NCBI GenBank assembly: GCA_963793265.1
Contig: CAWBZI010000007.1
Coordinates: forward strand, 352,001-416,000
DNA: 64,000 nt
Reading direction: 5' to 3'
Source of the DNA: an uncultured cyanobacterium
GTDB taxonomy: Bacteria > Cyanobacteriota > Cyanobacteriia > Phormidesmidales > Phormidesmidaceae
Made by a program: the position numbers and the translations under genes. Of the stretch, positions 40,229 through 51,440 are shown piece after piece. Under the pieces are notes generated by a model, which searched no databases, was not told the DNA's origin, and was given only the letters and a program-made list of their open reading frames with translations. Within the stretch, counting starts at the first letter, position 1; every line of letters starts with the position of its first letter.

Positions 40229-42352
40229 CTACAAAGGGCTCTGAAGCACAACCAGACTGCGGGCTGCAACCGGAATTTGGTCATCTTTACGAAACGTCTT
40301 AGAGCGTTTGGCAAACCCTTCGGACTTGGTGTCGAGCAGTAGCCGCCAGCGGCGATCGCGCACATCTTTCGGCAGCGAAAACTCCAGCGTGTCGTAATGC
40401 GCATTAAACATCAGCAAAAAGCTATCGTCTAGCACCTGCTCACCCTTATGCGAAGGCGTGGCAATCTCCTCCCCATTCAAAAACACCGTCAGCGTTTTGA
40501 CAAAGCCCGCATCCCACTCATCCTGCATAGGGTTGCCTTCTACATTAAACCAGCCAATATCAACCACACCCGAGCCGTGCAGCTCTCTGCCATAAAACCA
40601 GCGACGTCGACGCAGCACCGGATGATCCCGCAGCATTTTGATCAGCCTTTGGGTGTAGCGCAGCAGCTCCTTATTCGCCTCAGTTAAGTCCCAATTAATC
40701 CAAGAAAGCTCGTCGTCATGGCAGTAGGTATTGTTGTTACCGTTTTGCGATCGCCCCATCTCATCGCCCGCCAATAACATCGGCACCCCCTGCGATAAAA
40801 TCAGCGTCGCCAGCATATTCCGCTGCTGCTGCGCCCTGAGTGCCAACACGTCCGGCTTATTGGTTTTACCCTCCACACCACAGTTCCAAGAGCGATTGTG
40901 CTCCTCCCCATCGCGATTGTCTTCGCCGTTCGCCTCATTGTGCTTGTGGTTATAGCTCACCAAATCACGCAGCGTAAAGCCATCGTGCGCCGTCACAAAA
41001 TTAATACTTGCGTGAGGCCGTCTACCCGTGTGCTCATACAGATCCGAGCTACCCGTAAAGCGCAGCGCAAACTCACCGAGCGTACTGTCTTCACCGCGCC
41101 AAAAGTCACGCACCGTATCGCGATACTGCCCGTTCCACTCCGACCACAGCAGCGGAAACTTACCTACCTGATAGCCGCCATCACCTACGTCCCAAGGCTC
41201 TGCAATCAGCTTCACCTTCGAGATCACCGGATCTTGGTGAATAATGTCAAAGAACGTCGCTAGCGTCCCCACCTCAAACAGCTCACGAGCTAGCGCCGAT
41301 GCCAAATCAAACCGAAAGCCATCTACGTGCATTTCCTGCACCCAGTAGCGCAGGCTGTCCATAATTAGCTTAAGCACCTGCGGATGGCTCATTCTCAGCG
41401 AATTACCACAGCCGGTATAGTCCATGTAATACCGCTCACTGCCCTCCACTAGGCGATAGTAAGCAGCATTATCTACCCCCCGAAAGCTCAGCGTCGGCCC
41501 CATGTGGTTGCCTTCGCCCGTGTGGTTGTACACCACATCTAAAATCACCTCCATCCCCTCGGCATGAAGCGACTTCACCATCTCCTTGAACTCACGTACC
41601 TGCTGCCCTTCTATGCCACTCGCGCTGTAGCCCGAATAGGGTGCAAAGTAGTTAAGCGAATCGTAGCCCCAATAGTTCTTCAATTCCTTACTTACTAAGT
41701 AGCCAGGCTTGGCGTGAAAGTGATGGATCGGCATCAGCTCTACAGCCGTGATTCCCAAGCTCTTAAGATGCTTAACGGCTGCCGGATGCGCTAAGCCTGC
41801 ATAGGTTCCCCGCAGCTTTTTTGGCACTTTAGGGTGCAGCTTAGTAAAGCCCTTAACGTGCGTCTCGTAGATGACGGTTTCATTCCACGGGATTTGTGGC
41901 AGGCGATCGCCCTCCCAGTCAAATGTTGTATCGACCACCACGCACTTAGGCATTGACTTAGCGCTGTCGTCTTCGTTGTAGCTCAGGTCATCGCCCTCAG
42001 TATTCCAGCAGTAGCCAAACGTTGGCTGCCCGGAAGTCACATCGCCTGCGATCGCCTGCGCGTAAGGATCAATCAGCAGCTTATTCGGATTAAACCGATG
42101 TCCGTTCTGCGGTTCATAAGGCCCGTGCACCCGAAAGCCGTATCGCTGACCGGGCTCTACGCCCAAAAAGTAACCGTGCCACACAAAGTTATACACCTCA
42201 TGAAGCGGGTAGCGAGTTTCTTTACCTCGCTTAGTAAATAAGCACAGCTCTACCTTGGTTGCATTCTCTGAAAAGAGCGCAAAGTTCGTGCCCCGACCGT
42301 CCCAAGTTGCGCCTAAATCGTTCGCTGTGCCAGGTAATTGCCGAATGTCCAT
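40229..42352 (-). CDS. glgX: Glycogen debranching enzyme (isoamylase)
   Basis: NYWGY, DVVYNH, GFRFDLA, IAEPWD, FVTAHDGF. Confidence 0.96.
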   Translation of the reverse strand: MDIRQLPGTANDLGATWDGRGTNFALFSENATKVELCLFTKRGKETRYPLHEVYNFVWHGYFLGVEPGQRYGFRVHGPYEPQNGHRFNPNKLLIDPYAQAIAGDVTSGQPTFGYCWNTEGDDLSYNEDDSAKSMPKCVVVDTTFDWEGDRLPQIPWNETVIYETHVKGFTKLHPKVPKKLRGTYAGLAHPAAVKHLKSLGITAVELMPIHHFHAKPGYLVSKELKNYWGYDSLNYFAPYSGYSASGIEGQQVREFKEMVKSLHAEGMEVILDVVYNHTGEGNHMGPTLSFRGVDNAAYYRLVEGSERYYMDYTGCGNSLRMSHPQVLKLIMDSLRYWVQEMHVDGFRFDLASALARELFEVGTLATFFDIIHQDPVISKVKLIAEPWDVGDGGYQVGKFPLLWSEWNGQYRDTVRDFWRGEDSTLGEFALRFTGSSDLYEHTGRRPHASINFVTAHDGFTLRDLVSYNHKHNEANGEDNRDGEEHNRSWNCGVEGKTNKPDVLALRAQQQRNMLATLILSQGVPMLLAGDEMGRSQNGNNNTYCHDDELSWINWDLTEANKELLRYTQRLIKMLRDHPVLRRRRWFYGRELHGSGVVDIGWFNVEGNPMQDEWDAGFVKTLTVFLNGEEIATPSHKGEQVLDDSFLLMFNAHYDTLEFSLPKDVRDRRWRLLLDTKSEGFAKRSKTFRKDDQIPVAARSLVVLQSPL

Positions 42353-42641
42353 ATGAAAATCAAACTTGTAGAAGAGGAGGCGATCGCGTCTAAGGTAATG
42401 TTCTTATATCAGAATTTATTGCTGAATACACTTAAGCTTAATAGATACAGCGTTTTAAGCCCACCGCGCATCCTCCACACGACAAAGAGGGTCTGTACCA
42501 AATTATGTCTATAGAGAGTTGATCGTTTTTACTTGCAGCGTCTTTCTACGTGCATCAATAATAAGCACGCACTAAATAGTGTGCTTCACCATCCTGTAGA
42601 GGTATCGAGTTGGGCCAAAAAGTATCAAACATGATACCTCT

Positions 42642-42746
42642 GTGGGTGTAGATAGTGAGTACAGCTTGCAACTGCGGATATTCGCAAAACTACGAATCGG
42701 ACAAATAGATTTGGCAAGGAAGCATATGAAGGAGATAGATAGATGA
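42642..42746 (+). pseudogene. Remnant of a RelE/HigB (Gp49-like) toxin gene
   Basis: Short frame ending IDLARKHMKEIDR* with ATGA overlap into the antitoxin; GTATCA-N4-TGATAC palindrome at 42622-42637. Confidence 0.5.
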
Positions 42747-43045
42747 CTCGTCCAATGTTCGAGAGCTTTAGAAAAAAAGCATTAGAAAATAGTGCGGTAA
42801 AAGAAGAATATGAGGCACTTTCCGCTGTTTATGAGCTTAGAAAAAAGCTTATCTCTTTGAGGCAAGAGGCTGGTTTAACTCAGGAAGAACTAGCTAGCGT
42901 TCTGCATACACAAAGAAGCAATATTTCTCGGTTAGAAAGTGCTAGTTCCACGTCATCACCGAAGCTTTCGACGATTGAAGAATATGCCCGAGCCGTAGGG
43001 TACACAGTAGAAATTAACTTTGTACCCATAAAATCTTCCTCATGA
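42743..43045 (+). CDS. XRE HTH protein, HigA-like antitoxin
   Basis: VKEEYEAL...LRQEAGLTQEELA...QRSNISRLE...PKLSTIEEYARA. Confidence 0.85.
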   Translation: MTRPMFESFRKKALENSAVKEEYEALSAVYELRKKLISLRQEAGLTQEELASVLHTQRSNISRLESASSTSSPKLSTIEEYARAVGYTVEINFVPIKSSS

Positions 43046-43080
43046 GTCAGCCAATTTCTCATTTCACGGTTGAGCTTAGG

Positions 43081-44112
43081 CTACACTTCTTCGGGGCCAG
43101 CGCCCATCAAATCAGCAATCAGCTCAGTCTGAGGGAAGGGTTCTAAGAGCAGCTTTTTGACCATGATAGTGAGCGGCAGCGCCAAGAATGCACCGATTGG
43201 GCCAAGAATCCAAGCCCAGATAATGACTGCTACAAAGGTCACTAAAACTGACAGATCCAACCCTTTGGCCAGATAGCGCGGGGCCACTACAATATCGAAA
43301 AAGTTATTAATAACAACATAGACCACGGCAAAGATAACCGCTTTCACCCATCCCAACTCGATAATAGCGATTAGCAAAGGTGGAATCAGCGCCAGATAGA
43401 AGCCGATATTAGGGACAAAGTTAAAAGCGAATGAGAGTACGCCCCACAGCACCGCAAAATCCAAGCCCAAAACCAACATCAACAGCATTTGCAACAAAGC
43501 CGTCAGCGCTCCCAGCCAGCCTTTAATCATTAAATAAGAGCTGGTGCTATGGGCAAATTCTTCTAGTCGATGAAGCATGGGAGAGCCACCCTTGAGCCCC
43601 TTTCGTAAGCGAGCTGAGAAGCTAGGCGCAGTTGCTAGCATGTAGCCGAATATCAATAGCGTTAGTCCGGTATTAGAGACTGCGCCTAGTAAAGTTGTTG
43701 TCAGTGAAAGGGAAACCTGAAGAATTCTCTCGGGCTGTAGCCAGCTCAGCGATTGAATATCGTCTAAGGTGACGCCTCGTTCGGTGAGTAGCTGCCACAA
43801 GCTATCAACCTGCGTTTCGATTTGGCTGCTATAAGTAGGCAGTAGAGCAATTAGCTCATTAATAGAGGTCACCAAAAAGAAAATACCAAATGCGCCGATT
43901 GCAATAACACTCAATAGCACCGCAATATAAGCAAGCCAGTTAGGCAATCCCTTCGCCCTCAGCCACGCCAGAATAGGGTAGGTAACCAGCACTAAGAATA
44001 AAGAGAGCAAAATCGGCGTTAGCAGCCCTGCCATTGCTCTTAATCCAGCGACAATCAGAACAACGCTAGCTAGGCCGACCAGCAGAGATACTATTTTAGG
44101 CTGCGTTTTCAT
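43081..44112 (-). CDS. AI-2E family transporter
   Basis: FAFNFVPNIG, LGPIGAFLALPL; multiple TM segments. Confidence 0.9.
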   Translation of the reverse strand: MKTQPKIVSLLVGLASVVLIVAGLRAMAGLLTPILLSLFLVLVTYPILAWLRAKGLPNWLAYIAVLLSVIAIGAFGIFFLVTSINELIALLPTYSSQIETQVDSLWQLLTERGVTLDDIQSLSWLQPERILQVSLSLTTTLLGAVSNTGLTLLIFGYMLATAPSFSARLRKGLKGGSPMLHRLEEFAHSTSSYLMIKGWLGALTALLQMLLMLVLGLDFAVLWGVLSFAFNFVPNIGFYLALIPPLLIAIIELGWVKAVIFAVVYVVINNFFDIVVAPRYLAKGLDLSVLVTFVAVIIWAWILGPIGAFLALPLTIMVKKLLLEPFPQTELIADLMGAGPEEV

Positions 44113-44405
44113 CTTTGATTATTTCCCGAGCTGGCAGAACCACGCGCATTTGAACGTTTACTATCTTGCGTTACATGGTAAGCGATCGCGCTACAGGCCA
44201 AATCAAGTAGATATCGCAAACAACTGTGTACACCTGAGATAGCGGATTTATACAGGCTTCATAATTCAAAGGTTCTGATAAATAAAGTCACTATCCTGAT
44301 TAAGTAGATGTACTATAGTTTCGCCGTCTGTGGTTACGGCTAGAAAGGTACAGTTAAAGGCGTAGGGGATATTACAATGCTGATTGCTCTGGCGGCGTTG
44401 CTGCT

Positions 44406-45179
44406 ATGAAAGTTGCAATACTTGCTGGCGGTTTGGGCACTAGGCTGGCCGAAGAAACAGAGGAAAAGCCTAAGCCGATGGTGGAGATTGGCGGGCTACC
44501 GATTCTTTGGCACATTATGATGCACTATTCGCACTATGGGTTTGACGACTTTGCCATCGCGCTGGGCTACAAAGCCAACGTCATCAAAAAGTACATGGTC
44601 GATTACTGCTCCCTCAACAGCGATCTGACCGTCAGCCTCAAAAACGGCGATATCAAAAGGCACAGCGGCGATGCCCCCGACTGGAAAGTAGACCTAATAG
44701 ATACCGGCCTCTATACCAATACGGGCGGACGCATCAAGCGATTGCAGCCCTACATAGGCAATGAAACCTTTATGCTTACCTGGGGCGATGGCGTTTCTGA
44801 TATTAACCTCAACGAGCTGCTGGCCTTCCACCGGGCCCACGGTAAGCTGGCCACGATGACCGCCGTCAGACCCCCGGCGCGGTTCGGCCATCTGGACTTG
44901 CAGGGCGATCAAATCGTTGATTTTTCGGAAAAGCCGCAGACCCGAGAAGGCTGGATTAACGGTGCGTTTTTTGTGTTAGAGCCTGGCGTTTTTGACTATA
45001 TCGCAGGTGATGATACGCCGTGGGAGAAAGCGCCTTTAGAAAAGCTTGCTAAAGATGGTGAGCTAATGGCCTATAAATATTCTGGGTTTTGGCAGTGCAT
45101 GGATACGCTGCGAGATAAGCGGCGGTTAGAGAGTCTTTGGGATGCAGGCAATGCGCCATGGAAAAGTTGGAGCGTTTAG
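44406..45179 (+). CDS. rfbF: Glucose-1-phosphate cytidylyltransferase
   Basis: ILAGGLGTRL, PKPMVEIG, TGGRIK, FWQCMDTLRDK. Confidence 0.95.
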   Translation: MKVAILAGGLGTRLAEETEEKPKPMVEIGGLPILWHIMMHYSHYGFDDFAIALGYKANVIKKYMVDYCSLNSDLTVSLKNGDIKRHSGDAPDWKVDLIDTGLYTNTGGRIKRLQPYIGNETFMLTWGDGVSDINLNELLAFHRAHGKLATMTAVRPPARFGHLDLQGDQIVDFSEKPQTREGWINGAFFVLEPGVFDYIAGDDTPWEKAPLEKLAKDGELMAYKYSGFWQCMDTLRDKRRLESLWDAGNAPWKSWSV

Positions 45180-45239
45180 CCCAGTTCAACACGTTCTGAA
45201 GAAAAACAATATGCAAGAGACTACAGAGGCTAATTAGAT

Positions 45240-46281
45240 ATGCGCGTATTAGTAACCGGACACAAAGGCTATATCGGCACCGTGCTGGTGCCGATGCTGT
45301 TAGCAGCAGGACATGACGTATCGGGGTTAGACAGTGACCTTTACCGGGGCAGCACGTTTGGCGATCACATTCCCTCTATCCCTGAAGTCGAAAAAGACAT
45401 TCGAGATTTAACTATCAAAGATGTCGAAGGCTTTGAAGCTGTTCTGCACCTAGCAGGGCTCTCCAACGATCCGCTCGGCAACTTGAATCCTGCGTTAACT
45501 GGGGAAATAAACCATCAGGCAACCGTTCGCTTAGGCGAGCTAGCCAAGCAGGCAGGCGCTAGCCGTTACATTTTCTCTTCTTCTTGTAGTAACTATGGCG
45601 CAGGCGGAGACGACTGGCTCAATGAAGAGTCTGCGTTTAACCCGGTCACCCCTTACGGCGTATCAAAAGTAAAGTCTGAGCAAGATTTGGCCAAGTTAGC
45701 CGACGACAGCTTTAGCCCAACTTTTCTACGCAATGCAACAGCTTTTGGCGTCTCGCCTCGGCTCCGGTTCGATTTAGTCCTCAACAATCTCACCGCTTGG
45801 GCCTTTCACCACCGGACGAGTCTTTATCAAGAGCGACGGCACGCCCTGGCGACCGATTGTGCATATCGAAGATATTTCGCGAGCGTTTTTAGCGGCTTTG
45901 CATGCCCCTAGAGAACTGGTGCACAACGAAGCCTTCAACGTAGGTCGTAACGAAGACAACTACCAGATTCGAGAGCTGGCCGACATGGTGCAAGAGATTG
46001 TGCCGAACTGTCGAGTTGAGTATGCCGAAGGGGCGGGGCCTGATAAGCGCTGCTACCGGGTAGATTGCAGTAAGATTTTGCGAGTGCTACCTGAATTTCA
46101 GCCGCAGTGGAGCGCCAAAAAAGGGGTGCAAGAGCTGTACGATGCCTATAAAGAAGTGGGGCTGACGTTAGATGAATTTGAGGGCGATCGCTATCAGCGC
46201 ATTGCGCATATTAAGTCTCTGTTGAAGTCTGGACGATTGGATAATGACCTGCGCTGGAAAGCGGCGGTTCCTAGTGTCTAA
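45240..46281 (+). CDS. NAD-dependent sugar epimerase/dehydratase with a +1 frameshift near 45805
   Basis: GHKGYIG and YGVSK motifs; removing one T in GCCTTTCACC restores [26 protein letters not shown] and joins ORFs 45240 and 45859. Confidence 0.88.
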
Positions 46282-46321
46282 AACATGCCTTAAAAAGAAT
46301 TACTATTTAACAGAATTCAGC

Positions 46322-47551
46322 ATGAAATCTCCTTCTCCCGCTTGTCGCGCCTGCGCTCACGAATCGCTACTGCCTATTATCTCATTTGGCGACACCACGC
46401 TAGCCGACGCGCTGTTGAGTAAAGATCAGCTCGATCAAGACGAATATACAGCACCACTTGAGCTGGTCTTTTGTCCCAACTGCGCCTTAGTTCAAATCAC
46501 GGTAAGCGTTCCTCCCGAAATTTTGTTTTGTCGGGACTACCCATACTTCTCATCCGTATCGCCTAGCCTGCTAAAGCACTTTGGCGATAGCGCCGAGTCC
46601 ATTATCCAAAGCCGGAAGCTAGACTCCGATAGTATGGTCATAGAAACCGCTAGCAATGACGGCTACATGCTCAAGACTTTCGCAAACAAAGGCATTCCTG
46701 TCTTAGGTATCGACCCGGCAGAAGGCCCCGTGAAGGCCGCACAGGCCGCAGGTATTCCTACAAAATGTACGTTTTTTAGTAAAGCGCTAGCGACTGAGCT
46801 GCGTGAATCGGGTACTCAGATCGATGTTTTTTTAGCCAACAATGTGCTGGCACATGTGCCCGATCTCAACGGCTTTGTTAAGGGCATTAGGCTATTGCTC
46901 AAAGAAACAGGTGTAGCTGTGATTGAAGCGCCTTATGTTGTCGATCTCGTTGAGCATGGCGAATTTGACACAATTTATCATCAACACCTTTGCTATTTTT
47001 CGGTTACAGCGTTAGATCGTTTGTTCCGTAGACATAATCTGTTTTTGAATAATATTGAACAAACTAAAATCCACGGCGGTTCGCTGCGGCTTTTTGTAGA
47101 ACCGCACGAGAATGTTCAGCCTACGGTTAAGGCGCTGCTCGCTCAGGAAAAAGAGAATGAAGTAGATTCGATTGAGTACTATCGCAATTTTGCAGGTCGC
47201 GTTGAGACGATTAAGACAGATCTGCTGACTATACTCTCTGAGCTAAAGGCTCAAGGCAAAAGGGTTGTAGGCTATGGTGCTGCGGCTAAGGCAGCAACAA
47301 TGATGGCCTATGTAGGGATTGATCGCAAGCAGCTTGACTATGTAGTAGACCTTAATGCATTCAAGCAGGGCCGGTATATGGGCGGCAATCATCTGCCGAT
47401 TTTTTCGCCAGATAGGCTGCTAGAAGATCAGCCGGACTATGTGCTGATTTTGGCTTGGAACTTTGCTGAAGAGATTATGCAGCAGCAGGCATCGTATCAA
47501 AAGAGCGGCGGGCGCTTTATCGTGCCAATTCCATCACCTAAAATTGTTTAA
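46322..47551 (+). CDS. NDP-hexose C-methyltransferase (class I SAM-dependent, Zn-binding N-terminus)
   Basis: CRAC...[40 protein letters not shown]. Confidence 0.9.
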   Translation: MKSPSPACRACAHESLLPIISFGDTTLADALLSKDQLDQDEYTAPLELVFCPNCALVQITVSVPPEILFCRDYPYFSSVSPSLLKHFGDSAESIIQSRKLDSDSMVIETASNDGYMLKTFANKGIPVLGIDPAEGPVKAAQAAGIPTKCTFFSKALATELRESGTQIDVFLANNVLAHVPDLNGFVKGIRLLLKETGVAVIEAPYVVDLVEHGEFDTIYHQHLCYFSVTALDRLFRRHNLFLNNIEQTKIHGGSLRLFVEPHENVQPTVKALLAQEKENEVDSIEYYRNFAGRVETIKTDLLTILSELKAQGKRVVGYGAAAKAATMMAYVGIDRKQLDYVVDLNAFKQGRYMGGNHLPIFSPDRLLEDQPDYVLILAWNFAEEIMQQQASYQKSGGRFIVPIPSPKIV

Positions 47552-47565
47552 GAGAAAGTAGCCCT

Positions 47566-48805
47566 ATGACCCAAGACGCTTCGACACTAAATCCTATCAT
47601 CTCTCCTAGACTCCGAAAATACTCGGTTCTTAGCTGATCAACAATGCCCAAACTGTGGTACTAAGGGTCTGTCTATTTTCTACGAGGTCAGCGATGTCCC
47701 GGTGCATAGCTGCCTCATGCTCTCTTCTAGCGCAGAGGCATTGAATTTTCCTTCGGGTGATGTCAGATTGGGGTTTTGCGATCGCTGCGGATTCATCACC
47801 AATACCGAGTTCGATTCAAAGTGGTCTGCCTACGCCCCAAACTACGAAGACCAGCAAAGCTTTTCACCCACCTTCAACCGATTTGCCAAAGAACTCGCTC
47901 AGCATCTCGTCGATAAATATGATTTGCATGACAAATCAATCGTCGAAATTGGCTGTAGTAAAGGAGACTTTCTGTATCTGCTGTGTGAGCTAGGCAACAA
48001 CAGCGGCATTGGCATCGATCCAAGCGCAGTACCCGGACGCGTACAAAGCACTGCTGCTGATCGCGTAACGCTCATTCAAGACTACTACTCGGAAAAGTAC
48101 GCTGATAAAGTAGGAGACTTTATTTGCTGTCGGCATACGCTAGAGCATATTCAGCCCACCGCTGAATTCGTCAGCACCGTGCGTCGTTCGATAGGCGATC
48201 GCGATGTCGCCGTCGTATTTGAAATCCCCGATACCGTACGCGTACTCGAAGACGCGGCCTTTGAAGACATTTACTACGAACACTGCTCTTACTTCACCCC
48301 TGGATCGCTCGCTCGCCTATTCCGTAACTGCGGCTTCGAGATTGTTGATTTATACAGAGCCTATGGCGACCAGTACTTACTCGTTGATGCTAAACCTGTC
48401 GCCATTCCATCTGAAACTATTCACGCCCTCGAAGACAGTCCGCAGCAAATCGCTCAATCTGTTCAGCACTACATTGACCAAATTCACGGCAAGCTAGACG
48501 ACTGGCGCAATCGATTGAGTCTCGCCCAGCATGAAGGCAAAAAGACAGTGGTATGGGGCTCAGGATCTAAGTGCGTGGCGTTTTTGACCACCCTTGACAC
48601 CATAGATAAAATTCAGTACGTGGTAGATATTAATCCACACCGCCACGGCAAGTTTATTCCAGGGGTAGGAAAAGAGATTATGTCACCAGCATTTTTAAAG
48701 ACGTATCAGCCCGATCAGGTAATTGTGATGAATGAAATCTATTGCGAAGAGATTCAGGCGATGCTAGACGAGATGGGCGTAGTCACTGAGCTGGTGACAA
48801 TTTAA
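47566..48805 (+). CDS. C-methyltransferase-like protein 2, frameshifted near the 5' end
   Basis: CPNC...CDRC, EIGCSKG, CRHTLEH, DIYYEH, WGSGSK; ATG 47566 is out of frame with the body, which is open from 47591. Confidence 0.8.
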
Positions 48806-48808
48806 CCT

Positions 48809-49990
48809 ATGGTGCATAATTCTCTCGACTGCCCTATCTGTAACGCTTTGGTTAGCGATGTCTTCATTGAACTGCTGAATTTACCTATTTACTGCAATCT
48901 TCTATGGTCAGACCAACAGGCTGCAAGGGACTGTCCTAAAGGAGATATCAAACTGGCCTTTTGCGATCAGTGTGGTGCCATATTTAACACTGCTTTTGAT
49001 CCGGCAAAGCTAGGCTATTCTCAGGACTACGAGAATTCCTTGCACTACTCTAGCCGCTTTCAAAGCTATATAGAAGACTTAGCGCAGCGACTGGTGAGTG
49101 AGCATCATTTGCAAAATAAAACCATCCTTGAAATTGGCTGCGGTAAAGGAGACTTTCTGGTGCTGCTGTGTGAGCTAGGCAATAATTCAGGCGTTGGTTT
49201 TGACAATAGCTATGTTGAGCGAGCTGAACATAAGGCGCTGAGCGGGCAGATTGAGTTTATTAAAGACTTTTACTCGGAGCGCTACGCAGACTACCCAGCC
49301 GATTTTGTATGCTGTCGGCAGGTGTTAGAGCATATTCAAAAGCCCGATGATTTGCTGAGGCCGCTGCGCCAGACGCTAAAAGATCGGCCAGCTACAGACG
49401 TCTTCTTTGAGGTACCCAACGCGCTCTACACCATTGGTAACCTAATGATCTGGGACATTATCTATGAGCACTGCACTTACTTTACGCCGGTTTCTTTGCG
49501 CTATGCGTTTGAAGCGGCAGGTTATGAAGTAGGCCCGATCAAAGAAGAGTTTGCTGGGCAGTTTTTGAGTATTGGTGCAAAGGCTGGGAAGGTGGGGCGA
49601 TCGCTTACGGTAGACAAGAACGCGATCGCCCAACTCACCGCAGACATCGCCCACTTTGAAGAACGCTTCCATGCACACACACAGCAGTGGAAAGCACGCT
49701 TAAGCAAGCTATCTCAACAAGGCAAAAAGGCAGTCGTCTGGGGATCTGGCTCAAAAGGCGTCACGTTTTTAAACCTATTAGCGTCCGACAGCAATATTGA
49801 ATACGCGGTAGATATCAACCCCCGTAAGCAAGGTAAGTTCATTCCCGGTACCGGGCAAGCGATTGTGCCGCCCGAGCGCATGGCCCACTATCAGCCAGAC
49901 GTGGTGATTGTAATGAATCCGTTGTACAAGCAAGAGATCGCAGACAGCTTGCAGGCGATGGGATTAACGCCAACTATTGTAGGGGTATAG
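48809..49990 (+). CDS. C-methyltransferase-like protein 3
   Basis: CPIC...CDQC, EIGCGKG, CRQVLEH, DIIYEH, WGSGSKG; clear paralogue of the previous gene. Confidence 0.88.
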   Translation: MVHNSLDCPICNALVSDVFIELLNLPIYCNLLWSDQQAARDCPKGDIKLAFCDQCGAIFNTAFDPAKLGYSQDYENSLHYSSRFQSYIEDLAQRLVSEHHLQNKTILEIGCGKGDFLVLLCELGNNSGVGFDNSYVERAEHKALSGQIEFIKDFYSERYADYPADFVCCRQVLEHIQKPDDLLRPLRQTLKDRPATDVFFEVPNALYTIGNLMIWDIIYEHCTYFTPVSLRYAFEAAGYEVGPIKEEFAGQFLSIGAKAGKVGRSLTVDKNAIAQLTADIAHFEERFHAHTQQWKARLSKLSQQGKKAVVWGSGSKGVTFLNLLASDSNIEYAVDINPRKQGKFIPGTGQAIVPPERMAHYQPDVVIVMNPLYKQEIADSLQAMGLTPTIVGV

Positions 49991-50118
49991 CGTTAGAAGC
50001 AACGATTCTATGCATATTGAGCCTCTATAACCATCGTATCGACAGTCTGTCTTTTGACCCAGCCGATTAGAGAGAGCTACCGTTAAGAGCGTCTGTTCTT
50101 AATAAGAGTACTTCACTA

Positions 50119-50466
50119 ATGAAAGTCTTGATAACGACACTGATTGCCACTATTTTCGGTGTTTTGCTACCGTTGACCTCACCTGCTGTCGCTGCTGATC
50201 TAGCGCAAGGTGAACAAGTATTTGGCGCAAACTGTGCCGCCTGTCATGTCGGAGGCGGTAACGCTGTGATGTCTAACAAAACGTTGAAGCGCGACGCCTT
50301 AGAGCAGTACCTGGACGGCTATGGCACAGAGCACGCTATCGAAGCTATTGTCAATCAGGTCACTAACGGCAAGAACGCAATGTCAGCCTTCAAAAATCGA
50401 CTCACCGCTGAGCAGATTGCCAACGTAGCGGCTTACGTTCAAGACCAGTCAGAGAAGGGCTGGTAG
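50119..50466 (+). CDS. petJ: Cytochrome c6
   Basis: Signal peptide, NCAACH heme motif, KTLK, GKNAM axial Met, C-terminal GW. Confidence 0.92.
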   Translation: MKVLITTLIATIFGVLLPLTSPAVAADLAQGEQVFGANCAACHVGGGNAVMSNKTLKRDALEQYLDGYGTEHAIEAIVNQVTNGKNAMSAFKNRLTAEQIANVAAYVQDQSEKGW

Positions 50467-50585
50467 GATATTTTTCCATTATTTCTTAGCCACCTGATTA
50501 ACTGACCCTGTAGCGCTAATATCAGTAAAGTCTAGTGGGTATCTTATAGGCGTAACAACCTCTACGACCCACTGGGCTTTCACCT

Positions 50586-51419
50586 ATGTTCGGTTTGAAT
50601 CACGCTTCAAAAGCTGGACTTGTTCTCTTAAGTATTTTCTCCTTAAATCTACTGGCAACGAGTGCATTTGCTCAATCGCTCGATCCTGTTCAATCATCCG
50701 CCACTGCTGAAAGCGGGTTGACAGATGATCTGGCAGGCAGCTCTACAGCAGACGAGACTGCGATGCTAGAGCTGCTGGAGGCACTAAACACTGATGGGAT
50801 TAGTATAGAGGCGATCGCACCTATCGAAACAGACACTATCAAGACAGAAACTGCCGAGGTAAGTGCTACTGAAACAAATGTTATAGAAGAACCCCCGGTA
50901 GCAGACCCTACAGTGCAGCCCACCGCTTCAGCGTTGAGTGGGCTTGAATCCGCTAGCATGAACGACACAGCACTCGCTGAGCTAGCTACAAGAGATCTCT
51001 CTGCAGTCAATATTCATACCAACGTCGATCCTGATGCTGTGCCTGCGCTGAGAGCCTCACTCAATAGCGACAGTGCCCTCACTAGACTCTACGCCGCCGA
51101 TGCCCTATGGACGCTGACAGGCGATCGCGATTTAATACTACCAACGCTCATGACCGCTGCTGTCGATGGCGATACCCAGGCACAGGAGCTAGCCATTGCA
51201 GCGATCGCTCAGCTCGGCAAAGAAGCGCTTCCGGCAGTGCCTATTTTGAACGACCTGAGCAGCGATCGCAACTCCAGAACGCGGCAGATTGCCCAAGACG
51301 CGCTGGCCATTGTCAGAAGCGAACGGCGATCTTCAACAGTGCTAGGCATCATCGCCAGAGAGTCCCGGCAAAGGTTAGTTCCGGCTGCCTTTAGAGCTAT
51401 TACTAATCTTTTTAGATAG
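50586..51419 (+). CDS. Exported HEAT-repeat protein with acidic linker
   Basis: Signal peptide (AFA|Q), RLYAADALW and ALPAVPIL HEAT-like helices. Confidence 0.7.
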   Translation: MFGLNHASKAGLVLLSIFSLNLLATSAFAQSLDPVQSSATAESGLTDDLAGSSTADETAMLELLEALNTDGISIEAIAPIETDTIKTETAEVSATETNVIEEPPVADPTVQPTASALSGLESASMNDTALAELATRDLSAVNIHTNVDPDAVPALRASLNSDSALTRLYAADALWTLTGDRDLILPTLMTAAVDGDTQAQELAIAAIAQLGKEALPAVPILNDLSSDRNSRTRQIAQDALAIVRSERRSSTVLGIIARESRQRLVPAAFRAITNLFR

Positions 51420-51440
51420 AGAGATTGTTGGTAATAGGCG

